This document shows, one piece after another, positions 10,558 through 20,355 of a DNA stretch of 64,000 nucleotides (position 1 is its first letter; every line of letters starts with the position of its first letter). The DNA lies in NCBI GenBank assembly GCA_964291265.2, contig OZ219747.1, forward strand, positions 3,072,001 to 3,136,000, read 5' to 3'. The DNA is from Alphaproteobacteria bacterium (lineage in GTDB: Bacteria; Pseudomonadota; Alphaproteobacteria; SP197). The translations under genes and the position numbers were made by a program. A model generated the notes under the pieces. That model was not told the DNA's origin. It ran no database searches and saw only the letters and a program-made list of their open reading frames with translations.

Positions 10558-11811
10558 TTGATGGCCGGTCGTGTTCCCGTTTGCCGACTCCGGCGCTTCC
10601 TGGCCGGCCTCGTGCTCTGCCTTCTTGCGAGTGTGACGGGTGCCGAAGCCGCCAAGGACACGACCTACTTCGTGATCGATGCCACCAACGGCAACGTGCT
10701 CGCCCAGCGCAAGCCGGACAAGGAGATGTACCCGGCCTCGCTCACCAAGATGATGACGCTCTATCTCATGTTCGAGGCACTCGAGAAGGGCACCATCACG
10801 CCCGGGACCCGGTTCACCTTCTCACGCAAGGCGAGCAATCAGGTACCGTCGAAACTCGGCATTCCCAGAGGTGGTTCGATCTCCGCCGAGGACGCCATCC
10901 TGGCCCTCGTCATCAAGTCGGCCAACGATGTTGCCGTGGCGGTCGCCGAGGGACTTGGCGGCACCGAGGAGGGGTTCACGTCCATGATGACGAAGAAGGC
11001 CCGTGAACTCGGCATGCGGCGCACGGTCTTCACCAACGCGTCGGGCCTGCATCGCCGGAGCATGATGTCGACAGCCCGTGACATGGCGGTGCTGTCCCTG
11101 CGCCTGCAGTTCGATTTTCCGGAGTACTACCCGCTCTTCTCCACCCGGTCGTTCACCTATGGCGACAGGACCTACGGGAGTCACAACAAGCTTCTGGGCA
11201 AGGTCGACGGCGTTGACGGCCTCAAGACCGGATACACCAGCGCGGCGGGGTGGAATCTGGCGGCGTCGGCCATCGTTGACGGCAGGCGCATCGTCGGAGT
11301 CGTGATCGGGGGCAAGGACCGACTTTCCCGGGACCGGCTCATGACGGACCTGATCCGGAGAGCCTTCGTGACGGCGGCTTCCGTCGACAGGGTCGTGCCC
11401 GTTCCATCGTCGCATCCACGGCGCGACGTGGCGGCGCGGTTCAGCGCCGCGCTCGACAGTGGCCGCGAGGATGACGCGCTTGTCGCGACCCTGGAGGAGA
11501 CGCTCGGGCTGGGTTCGCAAGATGTCGCCCTCGATGAGGGAAGCGCCGGCGATGATCGCAGGTGGGCCATTCAGGTAGGCGCCTTTTCCCGGCGCGACAA
11601 TGCAGTTCGCGCCAGCGTCGACACCGGCCGGGTCCTCGCGCCCTTGCTGGCTGACGACAGCGAGACCGTCCTGGCGACCGTCGAGACGGATGGGACCACG
11701 CTCTACAGGGTGCGCATTCTCAATCTCGGCGAGGGCCAGGCGCGGCAGAGCTGCCGCATTCTCAACCGCCATGATCGTCCCTGCTCGGTGATCTACGAGG
11801 GCGACTCCTGA
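10558..11811 (+). CDS. D-alanyl-D-alanine carboxypeptidase with C-terminal SPOR domain
   Basis: signal peptide, PASLTK (SxxK), SAN (SxN), KTG; WAIQVGAF SPOR motif. Confidence 0.9.
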   Translation: MMAGRVPVCRLRRFLAGLVLCLLASVTGAEAAKDTTYFVIDATNGNVLAQRKPDKEMYPASLTKMMTLYLMFEALEKGTITPGTRFTFSRKASNQVPSKLGIPRGGSISAEDAILALVIKSANDVAVAVAEGLGGTEEGFTSMMTKKARELGMRRTVFTNASGLHRRSMMSTARDMAVLSLRLQFDFPEYYPLFSTRSFTYGDRTYGSHNKLLGKVDGVDGLKTGYTSAAGWNLAASAIVDGRRIVGVVIGGKDRLSRDRLMTDLIRRAFVTAASVDRVVPVPSSHPRRDVAARFSAALDSGREDDALVATLEETLGLGSQDVALDEGSAGDDRRWAIQVGAFSRRDNAVRASVDTGRVLAPLLADDSETVLATVETDGTTLYRVRILNLGEGQARQSCRILNRHDRPCSVIYEGDS

Positions 11812-12038
11812 ACCATCCGGCGCGACATCGCTGCGAGCGATGGTCAGCGTTCGAGGGGCGGCATGGAACCGAGCGTATGCTGGCGAAACGCGGGACATGT
11901 GCGCAGCTGCCGCCGTCACCCTCATCATCGTCACCCCGTGAGCAAACGCTTGCGATCGATGGCACCCGACTCCTTGACGGTCCGGAGTCCGGCGCGGACG
12001 GGCGCCGGGGTCTCCTGACCGCCAGCGGCCGCTCCGCT

Positions 12039-13223
12039 TCAGGACAACCCGCGGAATTCCTCGCGGTCGTCCACTCTGCCGATCATGCGGCTGATGACAC
12101 GAGAGAGCGAGTCGGGAGTGAACTCGCACGCGTCTCCCCTGAGCATCACCAGGTTCTCGGGCTCGAAGCAAAGCGAGGTGATCGCCCTGACATCCCTCTC
12201 GCCGAGGCCCTCGAGCGCCAGATCGAATCCGCTATCGGCGAGGAAACGCCGATAGAGAGACGGCGCCTGCAGCGCCGCTGCTCCCTCCGGCCCGCCAAGA
12301 GCCGCGGCGACGGCCGAATAGGCGTCAGCTGCGGCTTCGGCCGAGTGTTCCATGGTGGCGGCAAGGGCAAGGCCGACGGCGCGTCCGTGGTGAAGTCCGG
12401 CATGGTGTCCCAGGGCGTGGCCGATGGCATGGGCGACGGCGACTCCGGTCACGTCGAAGGCGATACCGGCCAGTGCGGCGGCAATCTGGACGTGACCGCG
12501 CGCTTCGCTGCAGGCCGGATTGCGCACGGCCTCCGGGAGCCACGCGCGCAGTGTCCTGATGGCGCCGAGCGCCATGGCCGAGGACACCGGATTGCGCCGT
12601 CGACAGGTTGCCGATTCGATCGCATGGACCATGGCGTCGATTCCCGTTGCGGCAGTCAGTGGCGCCGGCAGGGTCACGGTGAGGAGCGGGTCGAGCAGGG
12701 CGAGGTCGAATCGCAGGCTCTCTCCCCAGGCCCACAGCTTGCGCTCTCCCGTGCTGAAAACCGAGGTGCGCGTCACCTCGGATCCGGTACCTGCCGTGGT
12801 GGGCACGGCGATCTTGGGAAGTCCCCCGGCAGGCACGGGCGTTCCGCCAAGGGCAAAGGTCACCGCATCCCGGCCGTCAGGTGCAAGGCAGGAGGCCAGC
12901 TTGGCGGCATCGAGCGTCGAACCGCCTCCCATGGCAACGATGCAGGCGGCCCGGCGCGACCGGGCCTGTTCCGAGATGGCATCGACGGTCTCGGCTGCGG
13001 GGTCGCTGGCGATGTCGCTGAAGACACTGCAGCCATGCCCGACCTCATCGAGAGCACAGGCGGCGCGTTCGGCAAGGCCGTTGCCGGTGTGAACAGGGTC
13101 GACCACGAGGAGGACTTCGGCGCCATCGCCGGCAAGGCGTCCGACATCGCGGCCGAGCCTTGTCAGGCGATTGTCGCCGAAGGCCAGCGGTACCGGTGCC
13201 GTGAAGCTGAATGATGGAGGCAT
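12039..13223 (-). CDS. iron-containing alcohol dehydrogenase
   Basis: GGGSTLD, VPTTAGTGSEVT, DAMVHAIE, AHAIGH, HG motifs. Confidence 0.9.
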   Translation of the reverse strand: MPPSFSFTAPVPLAFGDNRLTRLGRDVGRLAGDGAEVLLVVDPVHTGNGLAERAACALDEVGHGCSVFSDIASDPAAETVDAISEQARSRRAACIVAMGGGSTLDAAKLASCLAPDGRDAVTFALGGTPVPAGGLPKIAVPTTAGTGSEVTRTSVFSTGERKLWAWGESLRFDLALLDPLLTVTLPAPLTAATGIDAMVHAIESATCRRRNPVSSAMALGAIRTLRAWLPEAVRNPACSEARGHVQIAAALAGIAFDVTGVAVAHAIGHALGHHAGLHHGRAVGLALAATMEHSAEAAADAYSAVAAALGGPEGAAALQAPSLYRRFLADSGFDLALEGLGERDVRAITSLCFEPENLVMLRGDACEFTPDSLSRVISRMIGRVDDREEFRGLS

Positions 13224-13300
13224 GGGAAGTCACAGGATGTCCGATGTCGGTTGCCTTATGATGGATGGAATCCCCTGCGTCAAACAGCCTTTCACACGTC

Positions 13301-13373
13301 ATTGTGCAGTGCACAATTATCTCTTGACGACGCCCACCAACGTGCCTATATCGGTCATGTTGCAGTGCAACAT
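13301..13373 (+). promoter_or_regulatory. sigma70 promoter of phasin gene flanked by two putative PhaR operators
   Basis: CTTGAC(13323-28)-N17-CTATAT(13346-51); 8-1-8 palindromes ATTGTGCAGTGCACAAT (13301-17) and ATGTTGCAGTGCAACAT (13357-73). Confidence 0.8.
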
Positions 13374-13405
13374 CAACGGCCAAGGAGCCAGAGAGGAGAT
13401 CAGAC

Positions 13406-13942
13406 ATGGCGAATGCCAGGACAACCGGCGAGACATCGCAGGTCGCGGGTGTGGATGAGGTGATCGAGACCGGGTTCAGGGTCTCGGAGGACGTCGTGAA
13501 GGGCAACACCGATGCCACCAGGAAGGGTTTCGAGACCATGGTCACCATGGGTCGTGATGCGTTCGACAGCGCCGCCCGGACAGGTGGCGACGACACCGTT
13601 CTCGGACAGATCAACGACATGCGGCGCGCCAACTTCGAAGCGATGGTGGAAGCCGGCGCCACGTTCATCAAGGGTGTCGAGGGATTCAACGGCCGCGTCC
13701 TCGAGATCGCCAGGAGGCGGGTTGCCGAAGGCGCCGAGACCCGCAAGGCGCTCGCCGGTGCGAAGTCGTTCGGCGAAGCGGTCGAGATCCAGCAAGGTTA
13801 CGTGCGCAAGACCCTTGACCATGCCATTCAGGACAGCATGGACATGACGACTGCCTGGCTGCGCATCGCTGCCGAGAGCGGCCAGCCGCTCGGCCAGCGG
13901 TTCACCGATGCCTGGAGCCGGGCTGTTCGCCAGACTGCCTGA
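13406..13942 (+). CDS. phasin family protein
   Basis: helical AKSFGEAVEIQQGYVRK phasin signature; SD GAGGAG; PhaR-like boxes upstream; synteny with clpS-clpA. Confidence 0.82.
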   Translation: MANARTTGETSQVAGVDEVIETGFRVSEDVVKGNTDATRKGFETMVTMGRDAFDSAARTGGDDTVLGQINDMRRANFEAMVEAGATFIKGVEGFNGRVLEIARRRVAEGAETRKALAGAKSFGEAVEIQQGYVRKTLDHAIQDSMDMTTAWLRIAAESGQPLGQRFTDAWSRAVRQTA

Positions 13943-13960
13943 TTGAGCGTTCCTTTCGAA

Positions 13961-14001
13961 CAGCGCCCCCGCAGGGTCATGAAGACCCGGCGGGAGTGTT
14001 G
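13961..14001 (+). terminator. stem-loop downstream of phasin
   Basis: imperfect hairpin with core GGGTC-atgaa-GACCC extended by CCCGC/GCGGG; no U-tract. Confidence 0.35.
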
Positions 14002-14489
14002 GCGTTCGGAAACAGGCCGGGCGGGCGGCGAGGCCTTCGAGGACGCCCGATTCCCGTGCAGGGCACGGGCTGCGATGTTCGCACTCCCCTCAGTCCATTC
14101 GAATCCACGAACGCATCGGTGGTCCTGCCGGCAGCCATCGGAATGGCGGCTGGGAGAAGAGCGCGCGTCTCCGGTAGTCTGCGAGGATTCCAGAAATCTG
14201 CCGCTCCGGTCAGCACGCACCGGATGAGTAAGCGTTCGGCCGTGCGGTGACGGCCGATTTTGGTTGGTTTTGGGATTTGCTGACAACCGTCTGAGAAAGT
14301 GCTGGCAAGCATCCTCAACCGGTGAATATCACCAACAATCATCGCGCGACCGACCGCTTACCCCGAAGCCCTATTGGCAGGAAAGGACGCCCGGGAGACC
14401 TCAAGCACGATGACCTGCAAGCGTGCGGTCTTGCCCCGGTTTTCGCTCGGCATTCTCTCAGGCGCCGTCATCCCCTCATGAGCGAACGC

Positions 14490-14876
14490 TTACCGCTGCC
14501 TGGGCCTGGCGGCCAGCACATCATCAAGACTTGGGGCGGCCAGCACCGCCTCCGCCCAGGCTTCCAGTTCGGCGGACGAGGCGTTGCGGACCCGCTCGCG
14601 GACCGCATCCGGCACATCACCGAAGCGCAAGGACAGTTGACGAAGAAGAAGTTCCGCGAGGGCCTCGCTCCGGCCTCGTTCGAGTCCCCTCTGGAGTCCC
14701 CTCTCGATACCCTCGGCTCGTCCTCTCTCGATACCCTCGGCTCTTCCCCTCTCGATACCCTCGGCTCTTCCTCTCTCGATACCCTCGGCTCTTCCCCTCT
14801 CGAGTCCCTCGGCTCTTCCCCTCTCGAGTCCCTCGGATCTTCCCTGTTCGACCCAGGTTTGTGCGATCGTGCCCAT
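14490..14876 (-). CDS. putative internally initiated small Rpn product (RpnS-like), copy 1, 128 aa
   Basis: in-frame GGGAGGT-gttg-ATG GGC ACG ATC GCA (MGTIA). Confidence 0.6.
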   Translation of the reverse strand: MGTIAQTWVEQGRSEGLERGRAEGLERGRAEGIERGRAEGIERGRAEGIERGRAEGIERGLQRGLERGRSEALAELLLRQLSLRFGDVPDAVRERVRNASSAELEAWAEAVLAAPSLDDVLAARPRQR

Positions 14877-15671
14877 CAACACCTCCCAATGGTCCGGCTT
14901 CGTCCGGCGCAAAGACGCCTCCAGCATGGCCGGCGTCAGGCCCTTGTGCTCGGTCATGTAGCGCACAATATGGTGCTCGAAGTCGCTCCCTGCAAGCAGC
15001 CCGTCCATGATCACGTCGAGAAGATCGGGCGGTACCTCCTCGGCAAAGGCAAACCTGAGCGCCAGAAGAGCGGACCGCACCTCGGGCGAGGTCGACGGCC
15101 GGTCCGGCGCCATCTCCCCGAGGTCGTGCACCACATAGGCGAACTCCCTGACGAACGACTTCAGCTTCTCGGGCGCGTCGATCATCTTCAGCACCGAGCG
15201 CGCCGCCTTCCAGCGCCCCCGGCCGTGATAGAAGACCAGGGGGATGATCGCCGGCAGCTTGATGTCGTTCCCGCCGCCCTCGCTCTTGCTCCGCTCGCTC
15301 TTGCTCCGCTCGATCTCGCGCCGCCAGATGTTGACCATGTATCCCAGAAGCTGGAGCGGCGTCTCGGCGTCGACGTAGCTCTTGTGTTCGAGCAGCACGT
15401 AAAGGCGCGCATCTTTGCCGTCCTTCAATCTCACCCGGAACAGCGCATCGCACTGGGTGGTACGGGCGGCCTTGTCGACGAAACTCTCCCCAACCGCCTC
15501 GAACGGCGCCTCGGGATCGAGGAGTTCAGCCACCTTCCGCGGCAGGTAGTCGGTGAGCAGAGAAGCGGCACGGGACGGTTCGGAGACCAGTGCCCGGAAC
15601 AGCGTATCGTGTCGATTCACCGGAAGTCTCACCGAGCGAGACCCCGGCGTTTCAACGGGCATCGTGCTCAC
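14490..15671 (-). CDS. Rpn/YhgA family PD-(D/E)XK nuclease, copy 1
   Basis: HDTLF, QCDALF, LLEHKS, IIPLVFYHG motifs; C-terminal GRAEGIER repeats (6 units) and DUF4351-like tail. Confidence 0.9.
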   Translation of the reverse strand: MSTMPVETPGSRSVRLPVNRHDTLFRALVSEPSRAASLLTDYLPRKVAELLDPEAPFEAVGESFVDKAARTTQCDALFRVRLKDGKDARLYVLLEHKSYVDAETPLQLLGYMVNIWRREIERSKSERSKSEGGGNDIKLPAIIPLVFYHGRGRWKAARSVLKMIDAPEKLKSFVREFAYVVHDLGEMAPDRPSTSPEVRSALLALRFAFAEEVPPDLLDVIMDGLLAGSDFEHHIVRYMTEHKGLTPAMLEASLRRTKPDHWEVLMGTIAQTWVEQGRSEGLERGRAEGLERGRAEGIERGRAEGIERGRAEGIERGRAEGIERGLQRGLERGRSEALAELLLRQLSLRFGDVPDAVRERVRNASSAELEAWAEAVLAAPSLDDVLAARPRQR

Positions 15672-16106
15672 GGGTTGGAAGGGGGAAGGTGTTCGTCATG
15701 GCGGCACCCTACGCCGAACAGCACCAAGGCGGCAATCGCGGCGCCTGACCCGGGGTGAGGCCTGCCAGGCGTCAAGACCTCGATGGCGCTTGTTCCTCAG
15801 GTCGCCGCCATGCCCGTACTTCACTCGGGTGGCCTCAGCCCAAGCTATGGCCCCTCCCTATGCTGGGTTGTGGAACTGATAGAAGACCAGTGATCACCCG
15901 CGATTTTGGCAACAAACTTCAAGGTCACCAACCCGCCCTCGTCCCCGCCTTCGATACCTCAAGACCGCTTCGCTGCCTGCCGAAGCCATAGTGGCAGGAA
16001 AGGACGCCCGGGAGACCTCATGCACGATGACCTGCAAGCGTCCGGTCTTGCCCCGGTTTTCGCTCGGCATTCTCCCAAGCGCTGTCATCCCCTCATGAGC
16101 GAACGC

Positions 16107-16517
16107 TTACCGCTGCCTGGGCCTGGCGGCCAGCACATCATCAAGACTTGGGGCAGCCAGCACCGCCTCCGCCCAGGCCTCCAGTTCGGCGGCCGACGCG
16201 CCGCGCACCCGCTCGCGGACCGCATCCGGCACATCACCGAAGCGCAGGGACAGTTGACGAAGAAGAAGTTCCGCGAGGGCCTCGCTCCGGCCTCGTTCGA
16301 GTCCCCTCTGGAGTCCCCTCTCGAGTCCCTCGGCTCTTCCTCTCTCGATCCCTTCGGCTCTTCCTCTCTCGATACCCTCGGCTCTTCCTCTCTCGATACC
16401 CTCGGCTCTTCCTCTCTCGATACCCTCGGCTCTTCCTCTCTCGATACCCTCGGCTCTTCCCCTCTCGATACCCTCGGCTCTTCCCTGTTCGACCCAGGTT
16501 TGTGCGATCGTGCCCAT
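16107..16517 (-). CDS. putative RpnS-like product, copy 2, 136 aa
   Basis: same internal SD+ATG; unaffected by upstream frameshift. Confidence 0.6.
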   Translation of the reverse strand: MGTIAQTWVEQGRAEGIERGRAEGIERGRAEGIERGRAEGIERGRAEGIERGRAEGIERGRAEGLERGLQRGLERGRSEALAELLLRQLSLRFGDVPDAVRERVRGASAAELEAWAEAVLAAPSLDDVLAARPRQR

Positions 16518-17313
16518 CAACACCTCCCAATGGTCCGGCTTCGTCCGGCGCAGTGACGCCTCCAGCATGGCCGGCGTCAGGCCCTTGTGCTCGGTCATGT
16601 AGCGCACAATATGGTGCTCGAAGTCGCTCCCTGCAAGCAGCCCGTCCATGATCACGTCGAGAAGATCGGGCGGTACCTCCTCGGCAAAGGCAAACCTGAG
16701 CGCCAGAAGAGCGGACCGCACCTCGGGCGAGGTCGACGGCCGGTCCGGCGCCATCTCCCCGAGGTCGTGCACCACATAGGCGAACTCCCTGACGAACGAC
16801 TTCAGCTTCTCGGGCGCGTCGATCATCTTCAGCACCGAGCGCGCCGCCTTCCAGCGACCCCGGCCGTGATAGAAGACCAGGGGGATGATCGCCGGCAGCT
16901 TGATGTCGTTCCCGCCGCCCTCGCTCTTGCTCCGCTCGCTCTTGCTCCGCTCGATCTCGCGCCGCCAGATGTTGACCATGTATCCCAGAAGCTGGAGCGG
17001 CGTCTCGGCGTCGACGTAGCTCTTGTGTTCGAGCAGCACGTAGAGGCTTAGCATCTTGGCCGTCCTTCAATCTCACCCGGAACAGCGCATCGCACTGGGT
17101 GGTACGGGCGGCCTTGTCGACGAAACTCTCCCCAACCGCCTCGAACGGCGCCTCGGGATCGAGGAGTTCAGCCACCTTCCGCGGCAGGTAGTCGGTGAGC
17201 AGAGAAGCGGCACGGGACGGTTCGGAGACCAGTGCCCGGAACAGCGTATCGTGTCGATTCACCGGAAGTCTCACCGAGCGAGACCCCGGCGTTTCAACGG
17301 GCATCGTGCTCAC
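16107..17313 (-). pseudogene. Rpn/YhgA nuclease copy 2, frameshifted
   Basis: +1 nt relative to other copies at ~17048-17050 (TAGAGGCTTAGCATC vs TAGAGGCGCGCATC); 3' part intact with 7 repeat units; may be a sequencing error. Confidence 0.75.
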
Positions 17314-17748
17314 GGGTTGGAAGGGGGAAGGTGTTCGTCATGGCGGCACCCTACGCCGAACAGCACCAAGGCGGCAATCGCGGCGCCTGACCCGGGGTGA
17401 GGCCTGCCAGGCGTCAAGACCTCGATGGCGCTTGTTCCTCAGGTCGCCGCCATGCCCGTACTTCACTCGGGTGGCCTCAGCCCAAGCTATGGCCCCTCCC
17501 TATGCTGGGTTGTGGAACTGATAGAAGACCAGTGATCACCCGCGATTTTGGCAACAAACTTCAAGGTCACCAACCCGCCCTCGTCCCCGCCTTCGATACC
17601 TCAAGACCGCTTCGCTGCCTGCCGAAGCCATAGTGGCAGGAAAGGACGCCCGGGAGACCTCATGCACGATGACCTGCAAGCGTCCGATCTTGCCCCGGTT
17701 TTCGCTCGGCACTCTCTCAGGCGCCGTCATCCCCTCATGAGCGAACGC

Positions 17749-18051
17749 TTACCGTTGCCTGGGCCTGGCGGCCAGTACATCATCAAGACTTGGGGCGGCC
17801 AGCACCGCCTCCGCCCAGGCTTCCAGTTCGGCGGCCGACGCGCCGCGCACCCGCTCGCGGACCGCATCCGGCACATCACCGAAGCGCAGGGACAGTTGAC
17901 GAAGAAGAAGTTCCGCGAGGGCCTCGCTCCGGCCTCGTTCGAGTCCCCTCTCGATACCCTCGGCTCTTCCTCTCTCGATACCCTCGGCTCTTCCCCTCTC
18001 GATACCCTCGGCTCTTCCCTGTTCGACCCAGGTTTGTGCGATCGTGCCCAT
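17749..18051 (-). CDS. putative RpnS-like product, copy 3, 100 aa
   Basis: same internal SD+ATG. Confidence 0.6.
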   Translation of the reverse strand: MGTIAQTWVEQGRAEGIERGRAEGIERGRAEGIERGLERGRSEALAELLLRQLSLRFGDVPDAVRERVRGASAAELEAWAEAVLAAPSLDDVLAARPRQR

Positions 18052-18846
18052 CAACACCTCCCAATGGTCCGGCTTCGTCCGGCGCAAAGACGCCTCCAGC
18101 ATGGCCGGCGTCAGGCCCTTGTGCTCGGTCATATAGCGCACAATATGATGCTCGAAGTCGCTCCCTGCAAGCAGCCCGTCCATGATCACGTCGAGAAGAT
18201 CGGGCGGTACCTCCTCGGCAAAGGCAAACCTGAGCGCCAGAAGAGCGGACCGCACCTCGGGCGAGGTCGACGGCCGGTCCGGCGCCATCACCCCGAGGTC
18301 GTGCACCACATAGGCGAACTCCCTGACGAACGACTTCAGCTTCTCGGGCGCGTCGATCATCTTCAGCACCGAGCGCGCCGCCTTCCAGCGACCCCGGCCG
18401 TGATAGAAGACCAGGGGGATGATCGCCGGCAGCTTGATGTCGTTCCCGCCGCCCTCGCTCTTGCTCCGCTCGCTCTTGCTCCGCTCGATCTCGCGCCGCC
18501 AGATGTTGACCATGTATCCCAGAAGCTGGAGCGGCGTCTCGGCGTCGACCTGGCTCTTATGTTCGAGCAGCACGTAGAGGCGCGCATCTTTGCCGTCCTT
18601 CAATCTCACCCGGAACAGCGCATCGCACTGGGTGGTACGGGCGGCCTTGTCGACGAAACTCTCCCCAACCGCCTCGAACGGCGCCTCGGGATCGAGGAGT
18701 TCAGCCACCTTCCGCGGCAGGTAGTCGGTGAGCAGAGAAGCGGCACGGGACGGTTCGGAGACCAGTGCCCGGAACAGCGTATCGTGTCGATTCACCGGAA
18801 GTCTCACCGAGCGAGACCCCGGCGTTACAACGGGCATCGTGCTCAC
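17749..18846 (-). CDS. Rpn/YhgA nuclease copy 3
   Basis: same motifs; 3 repeat units. Confidence 0.9.
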   Translation of the reverse strand: MSTMPVVTPGSRSVRLPVNRHDTLFRALVSEPSRAASLLTDYLPRKVAELLDPEAPFEAVGESFVDKAARTTQCDALFRVRLKDGKDARLYVLLEHKSQVDAETPLQLLGYMVNIWRREIERSKSERSKSEGGGNDIKLPAIIPLVFYHGRGRWKAARSVLKMIDAPEKLKSFVREFAYVVHDLGVMAPDRPSTSPEVRSALLALRFAFAEEVPPDLLDVIMDGLLAGSDFEHHIVRYMTEHKGLTPAMLEASLRRTKPDHWEVLMGTIAQTWVEQGRAEGIERGRAEGIERGRAEGIERGLERGRSEALAELLLRQLSLRFGDVPDAVRERVRGASAAELEAWAEAVLAAPSLDDVLAARPRQR

Positions 18847-19284
18847 GGGCTGGAAGAGGGAAGGTGTTCGTCATGGCGGCACCCTACGCCGAACAGCACC
18901 AGGGCGGCAATCGCGGCGCCTGACCCGGGGTGAGGCCTGCCAGGCGTCAAGACCTCGATGGCGCTTGTTCCTCAGGTCGCCGCCATGCCCCCGTACTTCA
19001 CTCGGGTGGCCTCAGCCCAAGCTATGGCCCCTCCCTATGCTGGGTTGTGGAACTGATAGAAGACCAGTGATCACCCGCGATTTTGGCAACAAACTTCAAG
19101 GTCACCAACCCGCCCTCGTCCCCGCCTTCGATACCTCCAAGACCGCTTCGCTGCCTGCCGAAGCCGTATTGGCAGGAAAGGACACCCGGGAGACATCATG
19201 CACGATGACCTGCAAGCGTCCGGTCTTGCCCCGGTTTTCGCTCGGCATTCTCCCAAGCGCTGTCATCCCCTCATGAGCGAACGC

Positions 19285-19575
19285 TTACCGCTGCCTGGGC
19301 CTGGCGGCCAGCACATCATCAAGACTTGGGGCAGCCAGCACCGCCTCCGCCCAGGCCTCCAGTTCGGCGGCCGACGCGCCGCGCACCCGCTCGCGGACCG
19401 CATCCGGCACATCACCGAAGCGCAGGGACAGTTGACGAAGAAGAAGTTCCGCGAGGGCCTCGCTCCGGCCTCGTTCGAGTCCCCTCTGGAGTCCCCTCTC
19501 GAGTCCCTCGGCTCTTCCCCTCTCGATACCCTCGGCTCTTCCCTGTTCGACCCAGGTTTGTGCGATCGTGCCCAT
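19285..19575 (-). CDS. putative RpnS-like product, copy 4, 96 aa
   Basis: same internal SD+ATG. Confidence 0.6.
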   Translation of the reverse strand: MGTIAQTWVEQGRAEGIERGRAEGLERGLQRGLERGRSEALAELLLRQLSLRFGDVPDAVRERVRGASAAELEAWAEAVLAAPSLDDVLAARPRQR

Positions 19576-20355
19576 CAACACCTCCCAATGGTCCGGCTTC
19601 GTCCGGCGCAAAGACGCCTCCAGCATGGCCGGCGTCAGGCCCTTGTGCTCGGTCATGTAGCGCACAATATGGTGCTCGAAGTCGCTCCCTGCAAGCAGCC
19701 CGTCCATGATCACGTCGAGAAGATCGGGCGGTACCTCCTCGGCAAAGGCAAACCTGAGCGCCAGAAGAGCGGACCGCACCTCGGGCGAGGTCGACGGCCG
19801 GTCCGGCGCCATCTCCCCGAGGTCGTGCACCACATAGGCGAACTCCCTGACGAACGACTTCAGCTTCTCGGGCGCGTCGATCATCTTCAGCACCGAGCGC
19901 GCCGCCTTCCAGCGACCCCGGCCGTGATAGAAGACCAGGGGGATGATCGCCGGCAGCTTGATGTCGTTCCCGCCGCCCTCGCTCTTGCTCCGCTCGATCT
20001 CGCGCCGCCAGATGTTGACCATGTATCCCAGGAGCTGGAGCGGCGTCTCGGCGTCGACGTAGCTCTTATGTTCGAGCAGCACGTAGAGGCGCGCATCTTT
20101 GCCGTCCTTCAATCTCACCCGGAACAGCGCATCGCACTGGGTGGTACGGGCGGCCTTGTCGACGAAACTGCCCTCGACCGCCTCCGGCTGCGCCTTGGGG
20201 TCGAGGAGGTCAGCCACCTTCCGCGGCAGGTAGTCGGTGAGCAGAGAAGCGGCACGGGACGGTTCGGAGACCAGTGCCCGGAACAGCGCATCGTGCCGAT
20301 TCACCGGAAGTCTCACCGAGCGAGACCCCGGCGTTTCAACGGGCATCGCGCTCAC
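19285..20355 (-). CDS. Rpn/YhgA nuclease copy 4
   Basis: same motifs; 2 repeat units; single ERSKS; divergent N-terminal patch DPKAQPEAVEGS. Confidence 0.9.
   Translation of the reverse strand: MSAMPVETPGSRSVRLPVNRHDALFRALVSEPSRAASLLTDYLPRKVADLLDPKAQPEAVEGSFVDKAARTTQCDALFRVRLKDGKDARLYVLLEHKSYVDAETPLQLLGYMVNIWRREIERSKSEGGGNDIKLPAIIPLVFYHGRGRWKAARSVLKMIDAPEKLKSFVREFAYVVHDLGEMAPDRPSTSPEVRSALLALRFAFAEEVPPDLLDVIMDGLLAGSDFEHHIVRYMTEHKGLTPAMLEASLRRTKPDHWEVLMGTIAQTWVEQGRAEGIERGRAEGLERGLQRGLERGRSEALAELLLRQLSLRFGDVPDAVRERVRGASAAELEAWAEAVLAAPSLDDVLAARPRQR

Noticed and set aside
14680-14850. 24-bp repeats as a CRISPR array
   Set aside because: Contiguous in-frame coding repeats without unique spacers; no cas genes
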